Source: Trypanosoma brucei (taxonomy: Eukaryota). Taken from it: 64,000 nt of DNA. The notes under the pieces are model-generated. The model worked only from the letters and a program-made list of their open reading frames with translations. It was not told where the DNA came from and did not search any database. Below, in pieces: positions 44,438 through 54,537 of this stretch (the first letter of the stretch is position 1; every line of letters starts with the position of its first letter). The position numbers and the translations under genes were made by a program. Where the stretch lies: NCBI GenBank assembly GCA_000002445.1, contig CP000069.1, positions 1,152,001 through 1,216,000 on the forward strand, given 5' to 3'.

Positions 44438-45079
44438 CTACAGGACAAAGAATCCCCCAATTACTCCCGTGAGAAAGGCACAACGACGCATAACAGAACC
44501 TAATAAAGCGACCACTGCATTGCAGATGAAACCATCGGTTCCATCAGATGTCCAGAGACCAATAACATCATCAAACAAACTCCTCCACTCCACGGTTGCG
44601 TAACCCAATATGGATAGCAACTGCGTCATTGCCAACCCACTAAGCGTAAAGCGACATACCGCTCCTAGTCGGTGCCGCATGATACTGGCCGCAACACCGC
44701 CTGCTAATGTGCATAATAAAATGGGTTTCACACGATCATAACCCCCCTCGGGGCGATCGGGTTGTGAGGGTCGAACCCCCTCACCGTCGAATACTACAAG
44801 TTCACTAGACATACGCGGAGGGACATCTTCACACAAGTCGGCCTTATCATTTCCCTGCAGTGTCTCCGCCAAAGGCTCCTCATCATCAGTTTCGGACCCT
44901 TCAGATGACACTGACGGAGACCATGCTATTGCGCCATTCTCAGCTGATGAGCCAACCAAACTTGAAATGAACTGCCGCTTGATGTGACTCAAGGTTCCTG
45001 CTCCATTAAGTTCCAGCGACGGCTCCCGAGAGTTCTCCTGAGATGGCTGCAAAGGCTCATCTCCTCCAAGGCGAGACAT
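44438..45079 (-). CDS. Hypothetical membrane protein (213 aa from the internal ATG) with an acidic N-terminal half and two C-terminal hydrophobic helices.
   Basis: The track ORF starts at 45241 (ATG), leaving only 108 nt to the upstream gene. The purine-rich plus tract at 45085-45230 is a polypyrimidine tract in the mRNA sense. So the ATG at 45077-45079 (MSRLGGDEPL) is the more plausible start. The longer form is not excluded. Confidence 0.45.
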   Translation of the reverse strand: MSRLGGDEPLQPSQENSREPSLELNGAGTLSHIKRQFISSLVGSSAENGAIAWSPSVSSEGSETDDEEPLAETLQGNDKADLCEDVPPRMSSELVVFDGEGVRPSQPDRPEGGYDRVKPILLCTLAGGVAASIMRHRLGAVCRFTLSGLAMTQLLSILGYATVEWRSLFDDVIGLWTSDGTDGFICNAVVALLGSVMRRCAFLTGVIGGFFVL

Positions 45080-45349
45080 GGCTGCGGCTATGCTATCTTT
45101 TCTATGGTCGCTTTTACGCAAAGCATGACGGGGAAACCAGCGCTTTAAAGAGTAAGGTACCAAACATACAAACAGAGTGTGAAAGGAGTACCTTGAAGAA
45201 AGAAACCCATCCGCAATGAGAAGAGCGCTACGACACAGCATCCCCCGTACAGGAACACACGACTATAACACACCTATCATGCTTCGCAAACTGCCCAAAC
45301 CGCAAAATGATAATCAACTTTATTAAAAAAAAAAAGAAACTGGGCCCAA

Positions 45350-46438
45350 CTACTTCAAAAGGCAGTGCGACGAGGGACGAACCTCACCCGAGGATAATTC
45401 CCTAACAAACAACACAAACTCGCACAGGTTTAAGTCATAACAAACACCGTGGGCAACACAACCATCCTCAATTGGCTGCCCAACTTTCACCCCAAAGAGA
45501 CCTTCATTCAACCATGATGACACATCGAAGCGTCCGTCAACTGTTGGGTTTAGGTAGCGGGATGCGTCCTCAGCATCAAGAAGCGAGGAACTCGTCGTAG
45601 GTCCGTTGTATTCCAACTTCACCTCACCCACGGGAATGGCTGGGCAACCACTAAAGACTGGTGCTAAACAGGCAGCGGGGGCACCCAACGGATTCCAAAA
45701 CGGCACAGGGCACCCCAATGATTCCTCCGGTGCCACGCCCACAACCACCGCGGTGCCGTAGCGGCACAACATTTTGGTTCCGTGCTTGACATGGGGTCCA
45801 AAAAGCGTGCATGCCTCCTGTGATATGTCAAAGTAACGTTTCGAAGCGTGACTATTACCGCAGTGGTACGGAAATGAGAGCTCTAATCCCCCCTCGTTAA
45901 TACGGCTCCCCGTCGCCAAAAGCAACTCTGAACCACGAAGCGATGCAGCTCGGCGGCGCACCAACGAAAGTAACTTATCGAGAATGGAAGCCCCGCCACC
46001 CTCAGTTTCGAGCGCCTCCATCACACAAAGCAGAGACAGTTGCACACATTCGCTGAGCTGCATGTCGTCTGCATTGTTAACGGTGGCGCTGCCCCAGTCA
46101 TCACGAGAATTATCAATAAGGAAAAAAGACTTGTGACGATGCAACTCTTCGGTAGAAACGGGGAACGCACCGGGAAGACCCGGCACGTGCGCGAGTATCA
46201 TATTGTCGCCGTGTTCCTGACAAGACCCGATAAAAGACATTGGTACCTCAAAGGCATCGCATACTCGATACCGGCAGCGAAGAGCTGCGACCTCGCCATG
46301 TGATGTGGTGCATTTTTGCGCATTACTACCCACGGAGCCGAACAATATCTGCTGTGCCTTTCCAACTGCTCTTGTCTGTACTTCTGTAAAATGTGATACC
46401 TTTCCCAATGCCCGAAGAAGGGGAAACACAGTACTCAT
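45350..46438 (-). CDS. Hypothetical protein (362 aa from the internal ATG). Cys/Gly-rich.
   Basis: The ATG at 46661-46663 exists, but codons 40-75 are an F/L/S/C-rich translation of a polypyrimidine tract. The ATG at 46436-46438 (MSTVFPLLRALGK) follows a purine-rich plus-strand tract at 46440-46560. The start is uncertain. Confidence 0.5.
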   Translation of the reverse strand: MSTVFPLLRALGKVSHFTEVQTRAVGKAQQILFGSVGSNAQKCTTSHGEVAALRCRYRVCDAFEVPMSFIGSCQEHGDNMILAHVPGLPGAFPVSTEELHRHKSFFLIDNSRDDWGSATVNNADDMQLSECVQLSLLCVMEALETEGGGASILDKLLSLVRRRAASLRGSELLLATGSRINEGGLELSFPYHCGNSHASKRYFDISQEACTLFGPHVKHGTKMLCRYGTAVVVGVAPEESLGCPVPFWNPLGAPAACLAPVFSGCPAIPVGEVKLEYNGPTTSSSLLDAEDASRYLNPTVDGRFDVSSWLNEGLFGVKVGQPIEDGCVAHGVCYDLNLCEFVLFVRELSSGEVRPSSHCLLK

Positions 46439-47359
46439 CTCCCGATACAAGAGAGTAGAAAGGTGAAAAAGGGATATCGACACTGACAAAGGAGAGAATG
46501 ACACTGCAACATTGCTGCAACACAAAACGAAAAATAAAACTAAAAACAACAGCCGTTCCGCTCTTTGATTCCACCGCACCACCAAACTCGGGGTTTTTGA
46601 GTACCTCTTAACAACCCATGACTTCTTCGCTTCTTTTTCCTTGCTTCTTCCTTTTTTTTCCATTCACTGGCATCCCCTCTCACCGTCGTTCGTTTTCGCA
46701 CACTTTACGCATGCAACGACAGTGCGCGTATACAAAACTCGAAGCACGTCATAAGCATTCATAGACGTAAGCGTGAGTTTGTGGCTACACATAACCCTCA
46801 GGATTTAGAAGAAAAAAATCAGAAATTGTTAAAAACTGGCTCAGCAAAACAAATATGCACAGTTGGATCACATTAATCACCATGTAAATGCAAGGAAAGA
46901 GAAGCAGGAGTGAAGCGAAAGAAATTATGACAATAACAACAATAAAGAGAGAGAGAGAGAGATCTGCATTGTACCAGGAGTGGTGAGAAACGCTACCGCC
47001 GAGTAAACTGAAAGGGGGAGACAAGAGAGAAGAAAAAAAGAATTCCCGCAAAGCTACCGCCAGTACTTCTCCCTCCCCCACCCCCCGAATCGAAACCAGA
47101 CGAAGTCAAAAGGCGAAATCGGAGTAATGCGACGAGAGCATAAAAATATATACACTTCCTTAATTTCGTATTTTAATGTGCAGGAAGTAGAAAGGACGGA
47201 ATCCTGCAGAATCATACCCGTACCGCCCCATTAGCTGCTTGTGTGTATTTTGCACGCAACGGATAACCTCCCAATGGGGTTAAGGTGAAATGCAAGAGAA
47301 AACAATAATAATAATATAGTATTCCATCGACATGTACTTCTCTCGATCACCCAGATTGA

Positions 47360-48553
47360 TCACGGCTCTCCTTCAGCATCATTTTCCCATGGCAAAGCGG
47401 CCTCAAAGACGGCGTCATCAGAGTTTTGCCTCTGAGCCAACACATGTGCATCACACGGAGCTAAATCTCCATCCACTGTTGCCCTCCTCACTATTTCAGA
47501 GGAATCACCTTTTGGTAACAACGTATACGATTCGATGACTGTCCCAAGTTCCTTATTCATATTTACTAACCGGGCAAAGAGAGATCCCTTCTCACAACAC
47601 AACTCACTATTCAGTAGCTTCTCAGGTTGGGCCATTGCCACTCCAATAAGTCGGCTCAGTTTGGTTTTGTGGTACTTGCAGCTCTCTAGTACCGAATCCC
47701 CCAAATCCGTCACCTCCCCCTTTTGTACGAGACTGATAAGAAGATGAAGGTTTGCGGATGCCAAGTCCACCTCAGCCAGCGCCGCCGAGCATCGCTCCTT
47801 CACCCATGCCGCTAACTCGTACCGCTCGGTCAGTTCATGTCGTAATTTCTGCCAGTTCATATCGTCGTTTTTGGAAACAGTGTCTGTATTATCCGCATCT
47901 ACGTCACCTGCAACATTTGGTTTCGTGGCCACAGCCTCCATGACGTCAAGAAGCTGGAGCGCACTACAGCACATTTGATAAAGTTGAAATCGCCACGAGA
48001 TGTTTACCCAATACTGCTCATCAGAGATGTAACGAGGGACCAGAGACGAGCGGAACTCGTGTACAACTTTAGACGACAGCACCCATCGTACCAATTCTTG
48101 AGATGGCCAACAGAAACCGGCTTGCGGAGGAATGGGAAGGTCCTTCACTGAATTGACTCCCAGTAACGCACACAACCTTTCGGTAACTGCTTCATTCTCA
48201 AGAATGGCACTGGGAGAGATGAGGCAGGAGCTAACACATTGCAGCGAAAACATCGTCAGACGGCTCCACTCTTCTGCCGCTTCTTCCCAATCAGTTGGAG
48301 GATTTGCGACAAGTTCTTTTGGGATGACTGACTTCACCGAGTCTCCCTCGCTTGTTGCAGTTTTCGCTTCATTTTTCTCGTTGGAAACTACGGAATCCGG
48401 AAGTGCAAACAACCCTGACAATCTTTCACATTTCTCCTCAATGTCAATGCACTGTGCTTTCTTTACAAACTCGAGTCCGTCATATGTAAGTTTCTTGGCC
48501 TGGTCTGTGGTGCTTTGTAAAAATGATGTGAACGATGCGAACGTCTGATGCAT
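47360..48553 (-). CDS. BSD-domain-containing protein (397 aa from the first ATG).
   Basis: The listed start at 48691 is TTG. The first ATG is at 48551-48553 (MHQTFASF...). BSD-like signature: DEQYWVNISWRFQLYQ (FW..YF.R-type core). Confidence 0.55.
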   Translation of the reverse strand: MHQTFASFTSFLQSTTDQAKKLTYDGLEFVKKAQCIDIEEKCERLSGLFALPDSVVSNEKNEAKTATSEGDSVKSVIPKELVANPPTDWEEAAEEWSRLTMFSLQCVSSCLISPSAILENEAVTERLCALLGVNSVKDLPIPPQAGFCWPSQELVRWVLSSKVVHEFRSSLVPRYISDEQYWVNISWRFQLYQMCCSALQLLDVMEAVATKPNVAGDVDADNTDTVSKNDDMNWQKLRHELTERYELAAWVKERCSAALAEVDLASANLHLLISLVQKGEVTDLGDSVLESCKYHKTKLSRLIGVAMAQPEKLLNSELCCEKGSLFARLVNMNKELGTVIESYTLLPKGDSSEIVRRATVDGDLAPCDAHVLAQRQNSDDAVFEAALPWENDAEGEP

Positions 48554-49472
48554 CACGACTTGTAGCAACAGCAAAAAAACTATTCTTCGCTCTTTGAACA
48601 CAAAACAACGTGCGCACAGAGTAATCATATACACATATGCATACATTGCATATGTGCACATGTGCGCGCATAAGCATTTTAAAAAAATCAAGAAGACAAG
48701 GAAAAGGGAATAACGAAGAGAGAAATATCACGAAGAGGTAAAATCAGAAAGAAAAAATATATATCCAACAACCTGAGCAGTTGCCACCATCATTGACTCG
48801 CTACAACTAGAAACAACAAGTATTCCTCAAGGTGTCGGCGCACACGCACCAGAAGGGTTTGGATCGCAAGGAAACATGGCCAAAAAGAAGAAAAAAAGAA
48901 AGAGCACGAAAATATGGCAGCATCCGCCCTGACGGGGATTATCCGCGTTCTTGAATAATACCTAATTACATATGTTCAACCGAATTGCGCTCACTATGGA
49001 GTTGCTTACACTTCCCATTGATTACCGGGTTGAGCCACCTTCAAACTCCTCCCCTCTCACCATCACTCCGCAAGGTGAACATAAAATAAAACAGTTTCAC
49101 GGAGTCCCAACAATAACACGTCGCATATTTTTTTTTTAAAAGGGCAAAAAAGGGAAGGAACGTGGGTGTTACAAACTACGGGACAAATCCTCAAACGCAA
49201 CTTTTGAACCTGGACAACAAGAAATCCATAGGAGGAGCACGGGTACAAGACAATCACACACTCCTCACACAACACAGAGGAGAAAAAAGCTGCACAAGGA
49301 ATAGAACCCAAACGCTGAAGTGTTACACAAGCCGTGCACCCCAGAAGGAAAAAGTTAGTAAACCTGAAACAGTAACATCAATGGCTCTAAAACGCACTCC
49401 CAAGAAGATCTTGGGAGCACGAAGAGAAATTTTTTAAAAAGAAAATAAGAAAGAGGTGTTCTCTATAGTCTT

Positions 49473-49922
49473 TTAGGCCAAGTACCGAGCACCAAAGTAG
49501 AAACCTGTCACGAACCCCCCGATGTCACCGACTCCCTGCCCGACGTAGAGGATAAAACGCTGCATGAGGGCTTTAAGGTCCAATTGGTTCAATTTGTTGT
49601 CACCGTTCTGATCCAAAACTTTTCCAGCATCGATCTCCACCTTCTTCCAGTTTATTTGAATATAACCAAAGAAGTTAAGAAACTGTAGCACAATGAAAGC
49701 GAGGCCGGTACCATATAACGCATCGGAGGTGAGACGTCTAGACGTGACGCCCACGGCAGCGCCCAAAATACTGCTCACACCAATCTCTTGTGTAACCTTC
49801 GGCCAGAAGGAAAGCATTCGGGAGACAAATGCCTCTCGGTTGTCATCATTTTTGGTAGAGCTGCTTTCTCCCTGATTTTTCTTCCCAGCAGAAGTTTTCG
49901 TATTGACACGCGGCGCACTCAT
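49473..49922 (-). CDS. FUN14-domain protein (149 aa from the first ATG). FUNDC-like, likely mitochondrial outer membrane.
   Basis: The listed start at 49982 is GTG. ATG is at 49920-49922. GAAVGVTSRRL...GLAFIVLQFLNFFGYIQINWKKVEIDAGKVL aligns to FUNDC2 [22 protein letters not shown]. Gly-rich C-terminal helix GVGDIGGFVTGFYFG. Confidence 0.6.
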   Translation of the reverse strand: MSAPRVNTKTSAGKKNQGESSSTKNDDNREAFVSRMLSFWPKVTQEIGVSSILGAAVGVTSRRLTSDALYGTGLAFIVLQFLNFFGYIQINWKKVEIDAGKVLDQNGDNKLNQLDLKALMQRFILYVGQGVGDIGGFVTGFYFGARYLA

Positions 49923-50608
49923 TGTTAGTACCTCCCTTCTTCTTTTTTGATGCTTTGTTCTTTTTTTTTCTTTGTCCTTCACTACTGTTCTCTCACCGCA
50001 AGTGCTGGGCTCTATAAACGAAGAGTAAATAGCGGCAACAGCAACGATGATAAAGAATAATGAATATGTGAACCAACTGGAAACTCTTTCGTATTATATG
50101 AGAGACGACTTTTTAAAAAAAGATATGGACACTGAAACGGAAGAAAAAAACAACATGTGAGACAAAGGTGTAAGAGGCTACTGTGACGAACAGGACTACA
50201 TCACGTAGCAAAAAAAAAAGGAAGCAGGCATAGTGATCCGCGTTCCACCGTTTGTAGTGTGGTGCGTGACTAAGAACCTGAACATTGGCTCCTCCCACCA
50301 CTGCAGGAAAGTAAGTAATTCAACTCCAGCCCAACCTGGCCAATTAACCAAACAAGTAAGCATAACGCGCACACGCACCGTGAGGGGGGAAATAATAATA
50401 TTATCATCGTTAGACAAATAGGCAAAGGGAAAGGCCGAACTGCCGCATCCAGCGATAGTAATGGCTTTCCAAACCGCAACAGCGGCATGACAAATTCAAA
50501 ACACATACAAACGGTAACTGTTAACGCGAACAAAGACAAATATTATGGTAGACAACGGTAAGTAAGCTTCGGTAAGCAGGTGGAAAAAATACTGAACGGC
50601 GGCAGCCG

Positions 50609-52264
50609 TTATGACAAGTGGGGCTGAAGATGCCTGAGTGTGATGGCTCTTGCCACTGCGCTAACATTTTGAATGGAACTACGCACGATCAGCTGATCTT
50701 GAGCTGTACGGTTGGCCCTTGGAATGCGGTGCAGTTGATATAAAGAGAGTTGCCAATTCCCCGACAACGCCGCCGCCCACAACCCCAAACGATGGGTGTG
50801 GTTGTCCTTTGGGGCGCCACGGGGCTCCATTTGTTCCAACAAACACATACTTTCCAACCAGCGCCCCGAACCTACACAAGCCTTCAAAACCAAACGGTGT
50901 GCTAATGGTGGTAAAATAAGTCTCGGCTCCTCCTCGCGGGCTTTAAAGAAAACAAACAAGGCCTCTTCCCAGCGCTGGGCCGAGACGCAGGCCTGCAGAG
51001 TTGCACACACTAAAAGGGGATGGGGCATAGATGTCGAGTCGTTAAGGTACTCCCCCAGAACTCGAATGGAACATTGCCAAGCCGCGCCATCGGCGCACGC
51101 AGACAATAATGCGAGACGTGTACGGGATGGCATGCCTTCATGTTTCTCCAAGAGGACGCCACCAATATTTACTGCTGCCTCCCACTGCCCAGACTGTTGG
51201 CACATCTCCAACAACTCCCCCATTCCTGTTGTCATGGAGGACTCGCCAGCCTTCTTCATCCAGGACAGCGCGACGAGTGCCTTCTCCCACTGCTTCACTG
51301 CGTGAAATGAGCGAATAAGTGTCTGATAGGAATCGCCTTCAATACTGCTTAAAAAGCCTTCTCTGACGGCAGTGTCATATACCTTGATTGCTGTAAGCCA
51401 CACATTTGCCTCTTCGCACTGTCCTAACAAAAGGCTCACTATGGACTTATCTGGCTTCACGCCAGAGCCAATTGCAAGGTGAAGAATAGAGAGGGACGAC
51501 CGCCAACTCGGCGACACTGTGATTATGTCCCTAAAGAAATTTTCATCTGAAGGGCAGAAGTCTGCGGCCTCTCGCGTCTTCTCGATAGCCCCTAACATGT
51601 AGAAAGCTGTCTGCCATTGTTTCAACCTCACCGTGCGATATACGAGGTCGCCTACAAATCTAGGGTCAACCAAAGAACCCTGCGCAATACCATCAAAAAA
51701 CATCCTTACAGCCTTCCTCCAGCACCCGCTAGCAGCAAGGTACGGAATCAAAACTCCCAAGGAGTACCGCTCACCCATACCACAGTGTCGCTCCATCGCC
51801 TCCGCCACATCGAGTGCCGAGGTCCAACTTCCATGGCGCTCAGCCAACACACGAGTTGCGTGCGGAACGTCAAGCGCCCAACCCCGTGTCTCGCAGAACC
51901 GAAGCACCGCAGCGCAATTGTTCGGTTGAAGGAGTGAAGACAAGAACGATGGTGATGGTAAATTTGGTAGTAGCCGTGCAAAGTCAAGTGCGCTACACCA
52001 ATCACCAAGCCGTTGAGAGACGTGGCATAGCACCGCAACGGACGGAGAACGCACGTGCGATCTGTCAGCTGCGAGACTCGCCTTGCCTAATGCTACGACA
52101 TCGCTAAGAAGAGCTGATCGCCCTACGCTGAACCCAGTCGGTTGTGCATCCTCCACTGTCTCACTGAAGATGCGACGAAGTATGCGACAACAGGCATTAA
52201 TATTCCCCCCAGTAACCTCTGACTCAAGCAATTTCGCAAGCGCCCCCTTTGCCATATACTTCAT
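50609..52264 (-). CDS. Helical-repeat protein, pentatricopeptide (PPR)-like (551 aa from the first ATG). Probably an organellar RNA-binding protein.
   Basis: The listed start at 52420 is TTG. The first ATG is at 52262-52264. About 35-aa degenerate helical hairpin repeats (WEKALVALSWMKKAGE..., WEAAVNIGGVLLEKHEGMP..., WEEALFVFFKAREEEP...) typical of kinetoplastid PPR proteins. Confidence 0.55.
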   Translation of the reverse strand: MKYMAKGALAKLLESEVTGGNINACCRILRRIFSETVEDAQPTGFSVGRSALLSDVVALGKASLAADRSHVRSPSVAVLCHVSQRLGDWCSALDFARLLPNLPSPSFLSSLLQPNNCAAVLRFCETRGWALDVPHATRVLAERHGSWTSALDVAEAMERHCGMGERYSLGVLIPYLAASGCWRKAVRMFFDGIAQGSLVDPRFVGDLVYRTVRLKQWQTAFYMLGAIEKTREAADFCPSDENFFRDIITVSPSWRSSLSILHLAIGSGVKPDKSIVSLLLGQCEEANVWLTAIKVYDTAVREGFLSSIEGDSYQTLIRSFHAVKQWEKALVALSWMKKAGESSMTTGMGELLEMCQQSGQWEAAVNIGGVLLEKHEGMPSRTRLALLSACADGAAWQCSIRVLGEYLNDSTSMPHPLLVCATLQACVSAQRWEEALFVFFKAREEEPRLILPPLAHRLVLKACVGSGRWLESMCLLEQMEPRGAPKDNHTHRLGLWAAALSGNWQLSLYQLHRIPRANRTAQDQLIVRSSIQNVSAVARAITLRHLQPHLS

Positions 52265-52600
52265 GAGCAAAAGGCGGGTAACCGCACGTGAGCATGCGGT
52301 GATGGATGAGAAAGGAAAAGGGCGGGTAAAAAGGAACAGCTGAACAGTAATAATAAACCTCGAGATGTGCAGAAGGGGGCGAGCGGGAGTGATATGGGAA
52401 TTCCTCTTCTCGCTTAGCAATTATTAGTCAGGAGAAGCTCTGGCCCCTTAGCTACCACGTGGCGAGCAGCTAAAATGCAAAATGTTCCTAACCCTGCAGA
52501 GAGCGTAATGGTAGCGGAAAAAATCACGCGGAAGAACGACCTTGCAAACAACCCCCAAGACACTATACGTAGCCGACTACATGGACACGCGTTCCTATTG

Positions 52601-53935
52601 TCATGCTGCAACCGTTTCTCTCACGGTATCCTCCCCTTCTCCATCTTGTAAAGGTGCATCCACCTGCAGATCTTCAGCTTTTAGTTGCGGCACAACCTGT
52701 TTAAAGTTGTCATCCACACGCTTCAGAACGCTGTCTATGTTCGTTTCGTACATATCACCCACCTCATCCACGAACCGGCGTACCTTAAGGAGCAATGAAT
52801 CCTGAAGAAGGTTCTCCTCTTCTGAAAGACCAAGATGCATCCAGAAGGCATCCGTTAGGACGCCCGCTGCTAAATCCTCCGCAGCCCGGGATCCCATTAG
52901 GGGAAACAGGCGCATCAGGGGAACTGCCGCATCAGTCCGCCAAAGCTGTCGTGCAGTTTCCGGTGATGTATATACGTACTGCGCTCGGAACTTGATAGCC
53001 GGAAACTGAATTTGCTGATCACAAACGGCGACGGCAACCTCCTGCGGCATCGTGGTTGTTGTGAATGAGGCATCCAATCCACTGTGGCGGGCCCAGTATG
53101 TTGAGACACCGCTAAGAAAGGAGGGTGTTGTTGCAAACCGACGATACACGTGTCCCCAAAGGGCTCGCTTAAAGTAATTCTCCACCTTAACGTTATTGAT
53201 ACGTTCACCGTAGAAGCGAAAATACGCTGTCACATCGAAAGGTCGTAACTTCTCAACGCAACCGACTCTGGTGTAGTCCGGGGGTATCATGCGGTTTAAA
53301 AGCTTTACATCCTTTTTATCCAGGGCAGCCCTTGCGTCTGAGCCCAGAAGCAGTTGGGTGAAGTGTCCCAGTTTGGACTCGATAACTTCACGGGGAAGGT
53401 ACGCCCGGGCCTTCATCTCGGCGTCCTCGACAGCACCAGCATCTTCTTCCACTAACCTCATCATGCAAGCATAGTCGTACACCTCAAGTCGGGCGACAGG
53501 ATCGAGCTCACGCCGACCAGGAACGGATGCCGCTCTCTTCGCTGCACCCAGTTGCCTAATTTCAAGTTGGAGGCGGTCGGCAATGGTCGTATTGCAGCCG
53601 GCGAGGCACTGCAGGAGCGACGGTTCTGCCATCCTGGGGGCCTTCCCCGAGTCCAACAGCGTCATCTGCCTCTCAATTAGTTCATCAAACAGCTGCCGCC
53701 TTACGTAATATATATGTGAGTACCGGAGCAATAGCTCCGCATCACATGAAGCCAAGTCAATTTCGATAAATTCATTTGCCTGTTCCTTCACGCGTTTCCG
53801 GCTGCTGTACCACGCAAACACGGGCTGCAATTGTCGAAGGCAACGCTCTTCGACAGCGAGTGTTGGAAGAGTTCCTAGAAACACACGGAACGGTACCGCT
53901 GCCAGCTCCCCACAAAGTCCAGGGCATATCGGCAT
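52601..53935 (-). CDS. Hypothetical conserved protein (444 aa from the internal ATG).
   Basis: The listed start at 54253 is GTG. 106 codons of polypyrimidine-tract translation (LFLFLSLVHFPQLPVLLFSF) precede the ATG at 53933-53935 (MPICPGLC...). No family recognised. Confidence 0.55.
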   Translation of the reverse strand: MPICPGLCGELAAVPFRVFLGTLPTLAVEERCLRQLQPVFAWYSSRKRVKEQANEFIEIDLASCDAELLLRYSHIYYVRRQLFDELIERQMTLLDSGKAPRMAEPSLLQCLAGCNTTIADRLQLEIRQLGAAKRAASVPGRRELDPVARLEVYDYACMMRLVEEDAGAVEDAEMKARAYLPREVIESKLGHFTQLLLGSDARAALDKKDVKLLNRMIPPDYTRVGCVEKLRPFDVTAYFRFYGERINNVKVENYFKRALWGHVYRRFATTPSFLSGVSTYWARHSGLDASFTTTTMPQEVAVAVCDQQIQFPAIKFRAQYVYTSPETARQLWRTDAAVPLMRLFPLMGSRAAEDLAAGVLTDAFWMHLGLSEEENLLQDSLLLKVRRFVDEVGDMYETNIDSVLKRVDDNFKQVVPQLKAEDLQVDAPLQDGEGEDTVRETVAA

Positions 53936-53989
53936 TTCCCCCTCCTTTAGTGGGCCTCTCTGTGTTTGGGCACAGTGGTAAAGGAGGAA

Positions 53990-54250
53990 AAGTACTAACT
54001 GTGCATTTAAAGTAAGTTCAGTTACCCACAATAACGAATAGCGAAGACAAACACAAAAACAAAACAGGGAGAAAGTAAAAAGGTAGTAATTGGCAATTTG
54101 AATGAAAGGAAAATGGAGATCTGAATTGTTGGAAAAGAAAGTAGTGGGGGCATGATCGCATAGGAACGAAAACAAAAGCACCGGAAGCTGAGGAAAATGG
54201 ACCAGAGACAAAAACAAAAAAAGATGGGGGGCCTTTCTCTTCAGGCACAT
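53990..54250 (-). promoter_or_regulatory. Extended polypyrimidine tract / 5' processing region of the gene starting at 53935.
   Basis: The plus strand is strongly purine-rich (gaaagtaaaaaggtag...gaaaacaaaagcaccggaagctgaggaaaatgg...). It translates as F/L/S-rich junk in the ORF track. Confidence 0.4.
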
Positions 54251-54537
54251 CACATTCTCTCATGTCATCCAATAATCTTGTGAACATAAAGCCGAATCAA
54301 AAAGGGGGTAGATGAATGACAAAAAAAAAACGTTAACAACATGGCGGAGACAAGGTTCATACCTAATTCCTTCCCCGTTATACCAACAACATCATTAAAA
54401 TATTCACCAACTTGCACTTTTCCCATTAAACAAAAGAAAATGGTTCCTTTTCATTTCACTGTTACTGCAGGCACAAAGAAAAAAAAGAAAAGGGCTAAGA
54501 TTGGAGCCATAAACAAACGTACACACATACAACCTCT

